DNA of 64,000 bases from Saccostrea cucullata (lineage: Eukaryota), in assembly GCF_032062105.1 (NCBI RefSeq), contig NW_026929305.1, forward strand, positions 248,001-312,000, written 5' to 3'. Made by a program: the position numbers and the translations under genes. Each line of letters begins with the position of its first letter. Position 1 is the stretch's first letter. The notes below the pieces were generated by a model. The model saw only the letters and a list, made by a program, of their open reading frames with translations, did no database searches and was not told the origin of the DNA. Of this stretch, positions 25,658 through 36,855 are shown piece by piece.

Positions 25658-26755
25658 GTTTTCGCTTCATTTTCTTCAAAAATTATATTCAAGGTATGCG
25701 TAAAATGTACAAAAATATTAAACAATGTCCCACTATACTTTAAAAATACTTTTTAGCTCACCTCAACGAAGTCGAGATGAGCTTATGCTATACCCCCGGC
25801 GTTGGCGTCGGCGTCGGCGTTAGCGTCGGCGTCCCAGGTTAAAGTTTTAGGAGCAAGTCCATTCCCAAGTAACTATAAGCCCTACCTGAACCAAACTTGC
25901 ATGGATGATGCATCTAGGGATGTACAGTACTAGAACTTGCTTCGGATGCTGGATCTGACCTACATTTTCTAGATGAGTGACCAGATTAAAGTTTTTGGAG
26001 CAGGTCCATTCCCAAGGAACTATAAGCCCTACCTGGACCAAATTTGCATGGATGATGCATCTAGGGATGTACACTACCGGACTTGCTTCGGATGCTGGAT
26101 CTGACCTACATTTTCTAGATGAGTGACCAGGTTAAAGTTTTTGGAGCAGGTTAAAGTTTTTGGAGCAGGTCCATTCCTAAGTAACTATAAGCCCTAGCTA
26201 AACCAAACTTGCATGGATGATGCATCTAGGGATGTACACTACCAGACTTGCTTCGGATGCTGGATCTGACCTACATTTTCCAGATGAGTGACCAGGTTAA
26301 AGTTTTTGGAGCAGGTCCATTCCACAGGAATTATAAGCCCTATTTTGACCAAACTTGCTTGGATGATGCATCTAGAGATGGACACTACCAGACTTGCTTC
26401 GGATGCTGGATCTGACCTACATTTTCATTCCCAAATAACTATAAGCCCTACCTGAACCAAACTTGCATGGATGATGTATCTAGGGATGTACACTACCAGA
26501 CTAGCTTCAGATGCTGGATCTGACCTACATTTTCATTCCCAAGTAACTATAAGCCCTATTTGGACCAAACTTGCATCTAGCGATGGACACTACCAGACTT
26601 GCTTCGGATGTTGGATCTGATCTACATTTTCATTCCCAAGTAACTATAAGCCTCTACCTGAACCAAACTTGCATGGGTGTGTATCTATGAATGGACACTA
26701 CCAGACTAACTTCGGATGCTGGATCTGACCTACATTTTCATTCCCAAGTTACTAT

Positions 26756-27494
26756 TGTAACGTTTTTTACAAAGTACAAATAATTATTTAATAGGTCCGC
26801 TTAGGATTCCTTCCTAAGTATCACGTTTATAATATGAATCAAACAAACTTCAACAACAATGGCACGATAACAAGAAACTGACTGAAATTCACTATGTATA
26901 TATACTTTTTCCTCGGTCCTATCTGGATAAATGATTAGCAAACAAATATGAACTTAACGACAACGAATTATAAGAAAAGAATCAACCACAATTGAATCAC
27001 TAACGATCAAGCAAATAATCAAATATGAAGTTATAACACTGTAGTTGCAGACTGAGTGGTTTAACCAACAATCCTGTTGTTTCCCGACACAGTCTGCAAC
27101 TACCTTAAAAACACACCCTAAAAGTCACTGAGACACCTTTTAATAAAAGTCACCAAGACACTATTTAAAGTCACCAAGACACTTTAGTCACTGAGACACA
27201 CTATTAAGGAACTAGGTTCCTGAGCTGAGTGGTCTAACGAACAATTGTGTTGTTTCCCGACACAGCCCAAGAACCTAGTCCAGGAGGTGTTACTCAAACG
27301 ATGAGTAACGACCAAGTAGCCAAATACTTCATGGGTGTTTATATTTATACTCTTTCTAATAACTAATGATTGGTTGATGATTCTAAAACTCTGATTGGCT
27401 ATAATATCAAGTGCTGATTGGTCAAATATAAAATGATATGATTGGACGATTTTAAAGGCATTTCAATCCACCATCGATATTCTATATCATTACA
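26756..27494 (-). repeat. Gypsy 3' LTR (739 bp)
   Basis: Near-identical to 32705-33442; preceded on the minus strand by the polypurine tract gaaggcgtgggtaa (27495-27508). Confidence 0.95.
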
Positions 27495-27615
27495 TTACCC
27501 ACGCCTTCGAAAAAAATATGCGTCCTTGCATAGGTAAATAAGATGGTTAAAAACATTGAACTTTAAAACTGCAGTAGTATTTCCTACCCAACTCATTTTT
27601 ATTTACATACTGTAT

Positions 27616-30600
27616 TCAGAAAGAGACATAATCACTAAGGTAGGCTGGTCTGCTTCTCTTTCGTTTGCCATCTGCCTGAAAACTCTCCTTTTCATATGTT
27701 TCCTCAGCATCTTCAGCAATGTTTTCAGAGGAATCAGACATTGTATTTTCTGCAATGTTATTCGCTTGCAAAGGTTCTGATGTTAGGATTTGGTCTTTCA
27801 TTAGCCTTATCCTGTCAGTATGAATGACTTGGTTTGCACCTCTGTATCCACAGTTTACTTTATAAGTAACATTGGAACATTTCTCAATAATTTCAAATGG
27901 TCCTTGCCAATATGATGTAAATTTGGGAGATGTACCAGTCTTACGTTTTGGAAAGTAAACGTAAACTCTGTCACCTGGCTTAAATGACTGCCAGTTTAAT
28001 TTTCTATCATGATACCACTTCTGTCGTTCTATACTCTCTTTTGTCATTTCCTTGACAACTGCATGTGCTTCTTCTAATTTTTCTTGTAACTCCCAAACCC
28101 ATCTATTCTGTGGAATTCTCTTAATATCAGAATGGACCTCGTATACGATATCCAAAGGTGTAGCGACCTCTCTACCTAACATCATTTTGTTTGGAGTTGC
28201 ACCCGTTGATTCGTGGACTGCTGCTCTGTATGCCATCATTACGTATGGGAGATGCTCGTCCCAATCCGTATGGTGCTCATTGACATAGGCTGATAACATG
28301 GTAGCAAGAGTTTTGTTAAATCTTTCGACCATCCCGTTCGATTGGGGGTGGTACGGGGTGGTGTGTGTTTTCTTTATATTCAAAAGCCGGCACATTTCTG
28401 TAAAAAGATTGCTTTCAAACTGGACTCCTTGATCGGAGTGAATAGTTCCAGGCACTCCAAAGCGGGCTATGACTTCTTCCACTATCACCTTAGCTACAGT
28501 TGCGGCTTCCATATTAGCCATAGGAAAACTTTCTGTCCATTTAGTAAAGTAATCCGATACGACTAGTATATATCGGTTACCATTATTGGACATGGGAAGT
28601 TCGCCTAATATATCTGTAGCAATACGTTCCATTGGTGCGCCGCAAGTGACAACTTGCATCGGGGCACGTTTAGTAGTATTTGGTGATTTTCGCCTTTGGC
28701 ATTTTTCACAACCAGCAATGTACAATTTAACATCTTTCTGCAATCCTGGCCAATAGTATTTGCAGTTTATTTTCGCCAATGTTTTCTTTATCCCAAGATG
28801 TGCAGATGTCCTTTCATCATGGAACTGTCCTAACACTGTTCGTCTTTCACTGTATGGCACAACAGCTTGCAGAGAAACTTTGCCATTTTCGTGCTTTTTC
28901 TTTCGGAAGAGCATTCCATCCTCTAATACCAGAGCATCCCACTGAGAGCATAGAGACTTAATGAAGTTGCTTTGACCAGAAATCTCTGATGACTCCGGCT
29001 TAACACCTTTTTCAACCCATTTGATCAGTTGATTTATATCTCTGTCGTCGTTTTGTTTGGCTTTCAAAGACAAATTATCCTTAGGTGTTACACTACTTAT
29101 AGTATTAACTATACTTTCAGAAGATGTACAACATGCTTTTCTGCAAGGTAAACGGCTAAGGGCATCAGCATTTGCATGCTTATTCCCTGGTCTGTGTTCA
29201 ATGGTCATTTGAAAATTGCTCAGCGATTCAAACCATCGAGCAAGCTGGCCTTCTGGATTCTTGCTGTTCATTAGCCATTTCAAAGAACTGTGATCTGTTC
29301 TGACTAAAAACTGTTTGCCATACAAGTAGTGTTTGTAATACTTTGTAAAGTAGACAACAGCCAACAGCTCTTTCCTTGTGACGCAATATTTCCGTTCTGC
29401 TTTTGATAAGGTTCTGCTTCCAAAAGCAATTACTCTTTCTACTCCGTTTTGTGTCTGTGAAAGAACTGCCCCTATTGCTACGTCGCTAGCATCTGTATCC
29501 AAAATAAATGACTGTGTAAAGTCAGGATGGGCAAGAATTGGTGCGGAGATAAGTGCATGTCGAAGGGAGTCAAAGGATGCTTGACAATCATCTGTCCATT
29601 TGAAATTTGATCCCTTCTCAGTCAATTTGTTCAGTGGCTTTGCCTTTTCTGCGAAGTTGTGTATAAAACGTCTGTAGTAGCTGCAAAGACCTAAGAAGCT
29701 TTTCACCTCTGTCAGATTAGTAGGCACAGACAAATTTTGTACTGCAGAAATTTTTGAAGGATCTGTGCTTACTCCTTCCTCTGATACCACGTGTCCGAGA
29801 AATTCAACAGTCTTATGAAACAAGTGACACTTTCTTGCTTTCAGGTTCAGGTTAGCAGATGACAGTCTATCAAATACCTGTGTGAGGTTTTCTAACATGT
29901 TGGTAAACGATGTACCGATAACAATGATGTCATCTAGGTATACCAAACATATTTGCCATTGCAAGCCACTCAGAACAGTTTCCATTAGCCTTTCGAAGGT
30001 TGCCGGGGCATTGCAAAGGCCAAACGGCATAACATTAAAATGGTATAGACCACGTTTAGTTGCAAATGCCGTTTTTAGTTTATCTGAGTCATCCATGCTA
30101 ACTTGCCAATACCCGGAGCACAAATCAAGGGTTGAGAACCACTTTGCTCCGGCAAGACTGTCTAACGAGTCATCGATGCGTGGAAGTGGGTAGGCGTCTT
30201 TGACTGTAGCTGCATTTAAACGCCTGTAATCCACACAAAATCGCAAAGAACCATCTTTCTTTTTGGCTAAAACGACTCCCGATGCCCATGGACTATTCGA
30301 TTTCTCTATGATTTTCCTGTCAAGCATGTCGTCTAATTGCTTGTTCATCTCATCCTGTAAATGATGTGGAATTCTTCTAGGAGGTTCTTTCAGTGGGCGT
30401 GCGTCCTTGGTATCAATCGTGTGTTTAACCAGTGAAGTACGTCCCAAGTCTCTGTCTGACTTCGCAAATATATCTGCATACCTAGCCAAAAACTTTTGTA
30501 ATTGAGGTATTTCACCACCATTTAGATTAACTTTAGATCTCTCAAACAGATCCTGCAGATGGGACGGCAGATCCTTGCATGGCTTATTTACAGTAGAGGT

Positions 30601-32607
30601 TGGTTCAAAAACATTGTCAACTGAACTCATATTTGCAATAAATGTTTCTGGATACACTGTTTGATGTTCATGGGATGGATTCATCATTCGGACTGGTATT
30701 TCTCCATCTTTTACATATCCAACTGATCTTGCTATTAATGCCTTTCCTGATTTCAGGAACTTCTCCGATGGTTCTATCATACCTAAAACTTCTTTCATGT
30801 CGTAGGATTTTGACGGCATTGAGACCTTACAATAAGTCACTATCTCACTTCTGGCAGGAACAACAATCATCTCTTTGGAGTTAATTCTAAAGCAACCAAT
30901 TTTGCCACAGAAATCAACTTTGTAAACTTTGTCGTTTACCTTCAAATACCCATTAACTACGTCTATTGTACAATTGTATTTCTTCATAAAGTCAAGTCCA
31001 ATGACTCCATCAAGAGAAAAATCTGCTACGATGACATCTTGGCTATAAAAACTCTCACCCAGATTAATGCAAATGCTACTTTTTCCTTTCACAGTTAAGT
31101 CGGTCCCACATGCGGAAGAGACTATTTGATCGGTTTTGTACAAAACTGGTTTGTTTTGTATAGCCTCATAAACTTTACTTGACAGTACTGATAGTGTTGC
31201 TCCCGTGTCAACAAGCAAATTCGCTTCAATCCCCTGGATGGTAGCTTTCACGTACATTCCAGCTTCAGGGTCATTCTGGTTTACACCAACTTGAGCTTTG
31301 TAAGACTTGATGCATTTGAATGTGTTTTGTACAGGATGTTTCTTTGTACTATATGTGTATTTCTTTTGTGCTGGTGCGTTTTGTTGAGTTCTATAACCTT
31401 GTGGACAGTCATATCGGAAATGATTTGGAGATCCACACAAATAGCAGCGTCTGTTGCTGGTAGCTCCAAATTTCTTTTTGTATACAACATCCTGGGAATT
31501 CTTTGCTTTCATGTCATTAACTTCCTTACGAAGTTTTCTTATTTCATCCTTTAGCTCTACCAATATACTTGTGCTGATCTGATGTGATCTGTCTTTCTTG
31601 TTTCCCTCAGTTTTCTCTGACTGCATTGGTCGTAAGTGGGTTTGTTTTTCTATCATTTTACGATCAGATTTAACAAATGCTTCCAATTCGACAGCATGTC
31701 GAATAGCATCATTGAGATTTAATGGCCTTGCTTGTTTTATTCTCAATCTCATGTCAGCATCTAGGAGGGCATCAATAAACTGTTCTTTTGCCAGCGTTTC
31801 TTGTACATCTCTTGGCGCCGTTGGGTATGCCAAGCTTGTGAGTCTTCTTATGGATTGTCCCAGTTCTGGTAAAGTTTCCGTTGCTCGTTGTCGGCGTTCT
31901 CGCAGTTGGGTTCTATACAAGTCATTTTGATTCGAAGGTGCAAATCTCTCCTCTAATGCATTCACAAGTAAGACATAGTCATGCTTGTGTGTATTAGGCA
32001 AATTCCCCAGTACACCCTGAGCCTGTCCCCTCAAGGAAACTGCTAAATATAAACCTTTCTCTTGTTCCGTCCACTTGTTCAACATGGCGCATGCATCAAA
32101 ATGGGAACAATAATCTAACCAGGATCCAGTACCATCAAATGTTGCAGGTTTTATATGGGTCTGTGGTTTCTTCTCTGTTGCCGTTATGATATCGGTCTCT
32201 GTATCTTGTCTACTAAATCGACGATCCTTTCGGCGATTAGTAATGTTTGACTCTGTTGCACTTCCAGAGACTGGTGTTGACATTAAATAACCAGGTCTTT
32301 TGCCCTCATCGGAAGGAACACTACTTGTACCAAACAACATTTCATCTTCCCAAGAAACTTTTCCCATGGGATGCTTTTTCGGTTTAACATCACCGTGAAA
32401 GTCTATATCAGAAAATCTCCCTGATGCAAAACCTAAATCTTTTGATTTCGTATCTGATCGAACATCTGGGGTACTTGTTTTATTAGCACTTGTATCCTTG
32501 GCTAAACTAGCATTGTGAATGCTTAAACTGTCATTTTTCAACTCTTGTAGCTTCTGCTCTATGAACGTTATTTCTTTGTCAATGTCGGTAATGTCCTTGT
32601 CAGCCAT
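27616..32607 (-). CDS. Gypsy Gag-Pol polyprotein, 1663 aa, single ORF
   Basis: CCHC knuckle CYLCGSPNHFRYDC, protease LVDTGA, RT MPFGLCNAP and YLDD, RNase H DTDAS...ADALSR, integrase HHCC and SDQG...GMVER, GPF motif; order PR-RT-RH-IN; no chromodomain. Confidence 0.97.
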   Translation of the reverse strand: MADKDITDIDKEITFIEQKLQELKNDSLSIHNASLAKDTSANKTSTPDVRSDTKSKDLGFASGRFSDIDFHGDVKPKKHPMGKVSWEDEMLFGTSSVPSDEGKRPGYLMSTPVSGSATESNITNRRKDRRFSRQDTETDIITATEKKPQTHIKPATFDGTGSWLDYCSHFDACAMLNKWTEQEKGLYLAVSLRGQAQGVLGNLPNTHKHDYVLLVNALEERFAPSNQNDLYRTQLRERRQRATETLPELGQSIRRLTSLAYPTAPRDVQETLAKEQFIDALLDADMRLRIKQARPLNLNDAIRHAVELEAFVKSDRKMIEKQTHLRPMQSEKTEGNKKDRSHQISTSILVELKDEIRKLRKEVNDMKAKNSQDVVYKKKFGATSNRRCYLCGSPNHFRYDCPQGYRTQQNAPAQKKYTYSTKKHPVQNTFKCIKSYKAQVGVNQNDPEAGMYVKATIQGIEANLLVDTGATLSVLSSKVYEAIQNKPVLYKTDQIVSSACGTDLTVKGKSSICINLGESFYSQDVIVADFSLDGVIGLDFMKKYNCTIDVVNGYLKVNDKVYKVDFCGKIGCFRINSKEMIVVPARSEIVTYCKVSMPSKSYDMKEVLGMIEPSEKFLKSGKALIARSVGYVKDGEIPVRMMNPSHEHQTVYPETFIANMSSVDNVFEPTSTVNKPCKDLPSHLQDLFERSKVNLNGGEIPQLQKFLARYADIFAKSDRDLGRTSLVKHTIDTKDARPLKEPPRRIPHHLQDEMNKQLDDMLDRKIIEKSNSPWASGVVLAKKKDGSLRFCVDYRRLNAATVKDAYPLPRIDDSLDSLAGAKWFSTLDLCSGYWQVSMDDSDKLKTAFATKRGLYHFNVMPFGLCNAPATFERLMETVLSGLQWQICLVYLDDIIVIGTSFTNMLENLTQVFDRLSSANLNLKARKCHLFHKTVEFLGHVVSEEGVSTDPSKISAVQNLSVPTNLTEVKSFLGLCSYYRRFIHNFAEKAKPLNKLTEKGSNFKWTDDCQASFDSLRHALISAPILAHPDFTQSFILDTDASDVAIGAVLSQTQNGVERVIAFGSRTLSKAERKYCVTRKELLAVVYFTKYYKHYLYGKQFLVRTDHSSLKWLMNSKNPEGQLARWFESLSNFQMTIEHRPGNKHANADALSRLPCRKACCTSSESIVNTISSVTPKDNLSLKAKQNDDRDINQLIKWVEKGVKPESSEISGQSNFIKSLCSQWDALVLEDGMLFRKKKHENGKVSLQAVVPYSERRTVLGQFHDERTSAHLGIKKTLAKINCKYYWPGLQKDVKLYIAGCEKCQRRKSPNTTKRAPMQVVTCGAPMERIATDILGELPMSNNGNRYILVVSDYFTKWTESFPMANMEAATVAKVIVEEVIARFGVPGTIHSDQGVQFESNLFTEMCRLLNIKKTHTTPYHPQSNGMVERFNKTLATMLSAYVNEHHTDWDEHLPYVMMAYRAAVHESTGATPNKMMLGREVATPLDIVYEVHSDIKRIPQNRWVWELQEKLEEAHAVVKEMTKESIERQKWYHDRKLNWQSFKPGDRVYVYFPKRKTGTSPKFTSYWQGPFEIIEKCSNVTYKVNCGYRGANQVIHTDRIRLMKDQILTSEPLQANNIAENTMSDSSENIAEDAEETYEKESFQADGKRKRSRPAYLSDYVSF

Positions 32608-32687
32608 GTTTTACAATATGCCCACAAAATAAAAACAAATGATAGATCAACAAATGATACAAAATATATAAACGTAATATTCCTAAA

Positions 32688-32700
32688 ACCGCTGCCACCA
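32688..32700 (-). other. Primer-binding site complementary to the tRNA-Leu 3' end
   Basis: Minus strand TGGTGGCAGCGGT lies 4 nt after the 5' LTR; complementary to ...ACCGCTGCCA-CCA of eukaryotic tRNA-Leu. Confidence 0.8.
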
Positions 32701-32704
32701 AATT

Positions 32705-33442
32705 TGTAACGTTTTTTACAAAGTACAAATAATTATTTAATAGGTCCGCTTAGGATTCCTTCCTAAGTATCACGTTTATAATATGAATCAAACAAACTTC
32801 AACAACAATGGCACTATAACAAGAAACTGACTGAAATTCACTATGTATATATACTTTTTCCTCGGTCCTATCTGGATAAATGATTAGCAAACAAATATGA
32901 ACTTAACGACAACGAATTATAAGAAAAGAATCAACCACAATTGAATCACTAACGATCAAGCAAATAATCAAATATGAAGTTATAACACTGTAGTTGCAGA
33001 CTGAGTGGTTTAACCAACAATCCTGTTGTTTCCCGACACAGTCTGCAACTACCTAAAAACACACCCTAAAAGTCACTGAGACACCTTTTAATAAAAGTCA
33101 CCAAGACACTATTTAAAGTCACCAAGACACTTTAGTCACTGAGACACACTATTAAGGAACTAGGTTCCTGAGCTGAGTGGTCTAACGAACAATTGTGTTG
33201 TTTCCCGACACAGCCCAAGAACCTAGTCCAGGAGGTGTTACTCAAACGATGAGTAACGACCAAGTAGCCAAATACTTCATGGGTGTTTATATTTATACTC
33301 TTTCTAATAACTAATGATTGGTTGATGATTCTAAAACTCTGATTGGCTATGATATCAAGTGCTGATTGGTCAAATATAAAATGATATGATTGGTCGATTT
33401 CACAAGCATTTAAATCCAACATCAATATTCTATATCATTACA
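32705..33442 (-). repeat. Gypsy 5' LTR (738 bp) with four CCAAT boxes and a TATA box in U3
   Basis: Direct repeat of 26756-27494; gattgg x4 at 33317-33393 and tatttata at about 33290 (CCAAT and TATAAATA on the minus strand). Confidence 0.95.
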
Positions 33443-34849
33443 CTATAAGCCCTAGCTAAACCAAACTTGCATGGATGATGTATCTAGGGATGGACACTAC
33501 CAGACTTGCTTCGGATGCTGAATCTGACCTACATTTTCATTCCTAAGTAACTATAAGCCCTAGCTAAACCAAACTTGCATGGATGATGTATCTAGGGATG
33601 GACACTACCAGACTTGCTTCGGATGCTGGATCTGACCTACATTTTCATTCCTAAGTAACTATAAGCCCTAGCTAAACCAAACTTGCATGGATGATGTATC
33701 TAGGGATGGACACTACCAGACTTGCTTCGGATGCTGGATCTGACCTACATTTTCATTCCTAAATAACTATAAGCCCTAGCTAAACCAAACTTGCATGGAT
33801 GATGTATCTAGGGATGTACACTACCAGACTTGCTTCGGATGCTGGATCTGACCTACATTTTCATTCCTAAGTAACTATAAGCCCTAGCTAAACCAAACTT
33901 GCATGGATGATGCAGCTAAGGATGGACACTATCAGACTTGCTTCAGATGCTGGATCTGACCTATATTTTCCATACAAGAGGCCAGGTTAAAGTTTTGGGA
34001 ACAGATGAATCCGAATGAATTTGAAGTCCTTGATATCTGCAGTATTAACAGTTATGAATATTTATTTACACTATACATGTTTTTCACGCTACACGCGTAG
34101 AAATGTGTATATACCATGTAAGGGGTTAAACACAACTTGCAAGAATAATGTTGTTGGGATGAATACTAAATATTAAGAAAATATGATGTGATATTTGCAT
34201 TACTTAAACTGATAACATTGGTCGAGGTGAGCTTCGTAATCTTTGATTACCTATGTTTATGACACAGCATTTATATCTTTCACAGAAATATTGGAAATCC
34301 ATTTAGTCAAGGGCCATATCTCAAACATGATTGAAATGCCTTTTTTGTTCTGAGTGGTATGGCATATTGGTAAAAATGCTAGTCTTGAAGGTAAACTAAG
34401 GATTTTTATTTCTTAGGTTCATTCCCCAAGAATACCACATTTAAAAAAAATAAGGATTATGATTTTTGCAGAAAGAAATTTTCGCAGAAAAGTTTAATTT
34501 CTTATAAATATCATACCTTTCGATGATAAAAACTTACAATTACTTTTATACATTTGAGGCTATAAGCATTTTGCAATCCTTGTTCACCCACCTTCTTTAA
34601 AAAGTAAATCAAAAAGTAAAAATACTCATATTCATTTGTATTGCATATTGTAGAATTCATGTAGAAAGTTCAAAATCTGAGATCATGGCTACTTGGCAGA
34701 TGACCACCTGTCCCCCACTGGACTAAATCTATAATGTCCAGTAGTGACCTGTGTGAGATAAGACTAAAGTACGCACCAAATTATTGACCAGTCATAGTAT
34801 AAACAAAATAAACAGTATACATGTATAGAATACTAAAATGTATAGGTAT

Positions 34850-35789
34850 ATGTATGCCGAAATATTCTTACTATTTTTGCTGTGTCTCAATATTGGTAAG
34901 TTTATTTGAAGTTGTTTTTATTTTTACGAATCATATGTTTTTTCGTGTTATTTGCTTCCTTCTTAAGTCATAACTCGAAGAGGTCATCTTTTTTTCAATC
35001 CAGTTCAAAACGACCAGGTATCCCCACCAACCCAGGAGGCGGTGTTCGTAACGGCTCTATACGACATAGGTCGTGAACATTGGACACACTTTCGGCGAAG
35101 TTTCGACGAATACCTATCTTATTTCAGGAATGTCCTGGGTTTGAATGTAAAAATGATCATCTATTCTGACGAATCGGTTCAAAAATTTGTCTTGAACGAA
35201 AGAAAAAATCTACATCAGAAAACACAGATCTATGCACTACCATTCACTGATTTAGAGTTCTATCGATACAGACAGCATATTGGAAACGTTCTTGTCTCCC
35301 CTGAGTTCCGAGATTCCAACGAAATGCTTAATCATCCGGAAGCTTTTTCAGTGAAATATTTAATCCTGATGAACAACAAAGTTTCATTTTTGTCAGATGC
35401 TGTACGAAAAAATCCTTTTAACAGCACGCATTTCTTCTGGATTGACGCCGGGTATGGACATGGTGATAACCTTACCCAATGGAAGAACTTTCTGCCTAGA
35501 GTTCTTTTAAACAAACACAACAAGATTACATATATTGAATTGAACGATCCAGCGTTATATAAAGATATCAATGAACCTCATAAAGTTCAAATGTCGCCTG
35601 CTTTTTGTGGCGGGTTTTTTGGAGGGGATGCGGCGGCCATTTTGAAATATGAAAAACTCTACAAGAAAACTTTTCGAAAACTCCTCACGGAAAACATAGT
35701 GGACGATGATCAGAATGTGGCATTTCAGTGTTACGTAGAGAATCCTAATCTGTTTGAAAATATTCGTGGACACTGGTTTGATGCCTTTA
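34850..35789 (+). CDS. HtrL/YibB-family putative glycosyltransferase-like protein with signal peptide/anchor; exons 34850-34895 and 35004->35789, 3' end in gap
   Basis: Motifs VTALYDIGR, F..YL.YF, NPFNSTHFFWIDAG, GGFFGG, DDDQ, WFDAF. An upstream mini-exon MYAEIFLLFLLCLNI g|gtaag joins in phase to ccag|tt. Confidence 0.75.
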
Positions 35790-35918
35790 NNNNNNNNNNN
35801 NNNNNNNNNNNNNNNNNNNNNNNNNNNNNNNNNNNNNNNNNNNNNNNNNNNNNNNNNNNNNNNNNNNNNNNNNNNNNNNNNNNNNNNNNNNNNNNNNNNN
35901 NNNNNNNNNNNNNNNNNN
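35790..35918. other. Assembly gap (129 N)
   Basis: Run of n characters. Confidence 1.
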
Positions 35919-36855
35919 TATATTTGTACATATGGAGGAAAAGGTGGCTCGCATGATTTTCATTCATTTTCCTTTTCACATATTATAATATCATATATTT
36001 TTTTAAGAACCCTATCTACACTGCACACTAAAGAGTTCTGATTATATGGTATTTTTCTGCAGTTAGAGTGATCTATACCATTAGATCTTAATTCTAAAAA
36101 ATAGAAATTAACAATATATTACTCAATTTGTAATTATTTCAGGTATTCTTAACATTTTAAGTGGTCAGGATGAATTAATTGAACATGTTATTTCCATGCA
36201 TTTTCCCTATGGAAGTAAACAACCGTGATTTCTATTCACTGCTACAATGTTGTCTTTGGACATTTTCCCCGGGGTAAATGCCAAGCCCCATACAGTGAAA
36301 ATTAAAGAGATAAGCTCAATATTGACACCTTTATACAATATATTTTTCTCAATGTCCAAAAAACATTTTGCACTGGTGTAGAGAGGGTCCTTAAAGTCAG
36401 AAAAGCGCCTTCTTTGAATGAGAGTTATCTTTCTTTTCTCATATTGTCAAAAAGTGCCTGATATCCCCGATATGAAATTGTCAAACCTAAATCTATTATA
36501 AAATCAGTGACTTATTCTAAAAGAGATACTAATCCAGTAATTGAGTACCACATGCAGTGGGGAGAAAACTTTGATAAGATGAAGGGGGAGGGGGTCAGTG
36601 TTTATGGGTGGATACAGGTGAGCGAGGTGCATGAGAGGCGCAGTTACAATTATAAACTGATGCAAATGTGTTTCGATATTGAAAATCTTTTTTATGAAAC
36701 GTGATTACACTTTTTCTTAATATTTGGACAGTGACAAACAATATACAATGTATACGGAAGGATGGACGCTATAAGCCCGACTTTGTAAATAAAAGAGACT
36801 TACATATGCACGCTTTATTTTTTCTATTTGTAATATTGTTTAATCTGCGTGCATA

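Larger units (their letters stand above)
26756..33442 (-). mobile_element. Full-length Ty3/Gypsy LTR retrotransposon
   Basis: TG...CA LTRs at 26756-27494 and 32705-33442; 4-bp TSD CTAT; PBS, PPT and an intact gag-pol ORF. Confidence 0.97.
25750..34258 (+). mobile_element. HINE (same family as 9666-11256) split by a Gypsy insertion in its satellite array
   Basis: Same 5' end (ttttagctcacctcaacgaa) and microsatellite; monomers at 25850-26755 and 33443-33990; 3' gaggtgagct plus hairpin gtaatc-ttt-gattac at 34224-34250. Confidence 0.88.

Noticed and set aside
25114-25743. Multiple overlapping leucine/heptad-repeat ORFs
   Set aside because: Translations of the 21-bp minisatellite arms of the foldback element.
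28052-31930. Short antisense ORFs within the Gypsy element (likewise those antisense to the Helentron ORF)
   Set aside because: Shadow ORFs of long coding sequences, with no recognisable motifs.
35790-35956. Extension of the HtrL-like ORF to 304 aa
   Set aside because: Reads through a 129-N gap; the true C-terminus is unknown and probably lies just inside the gap.
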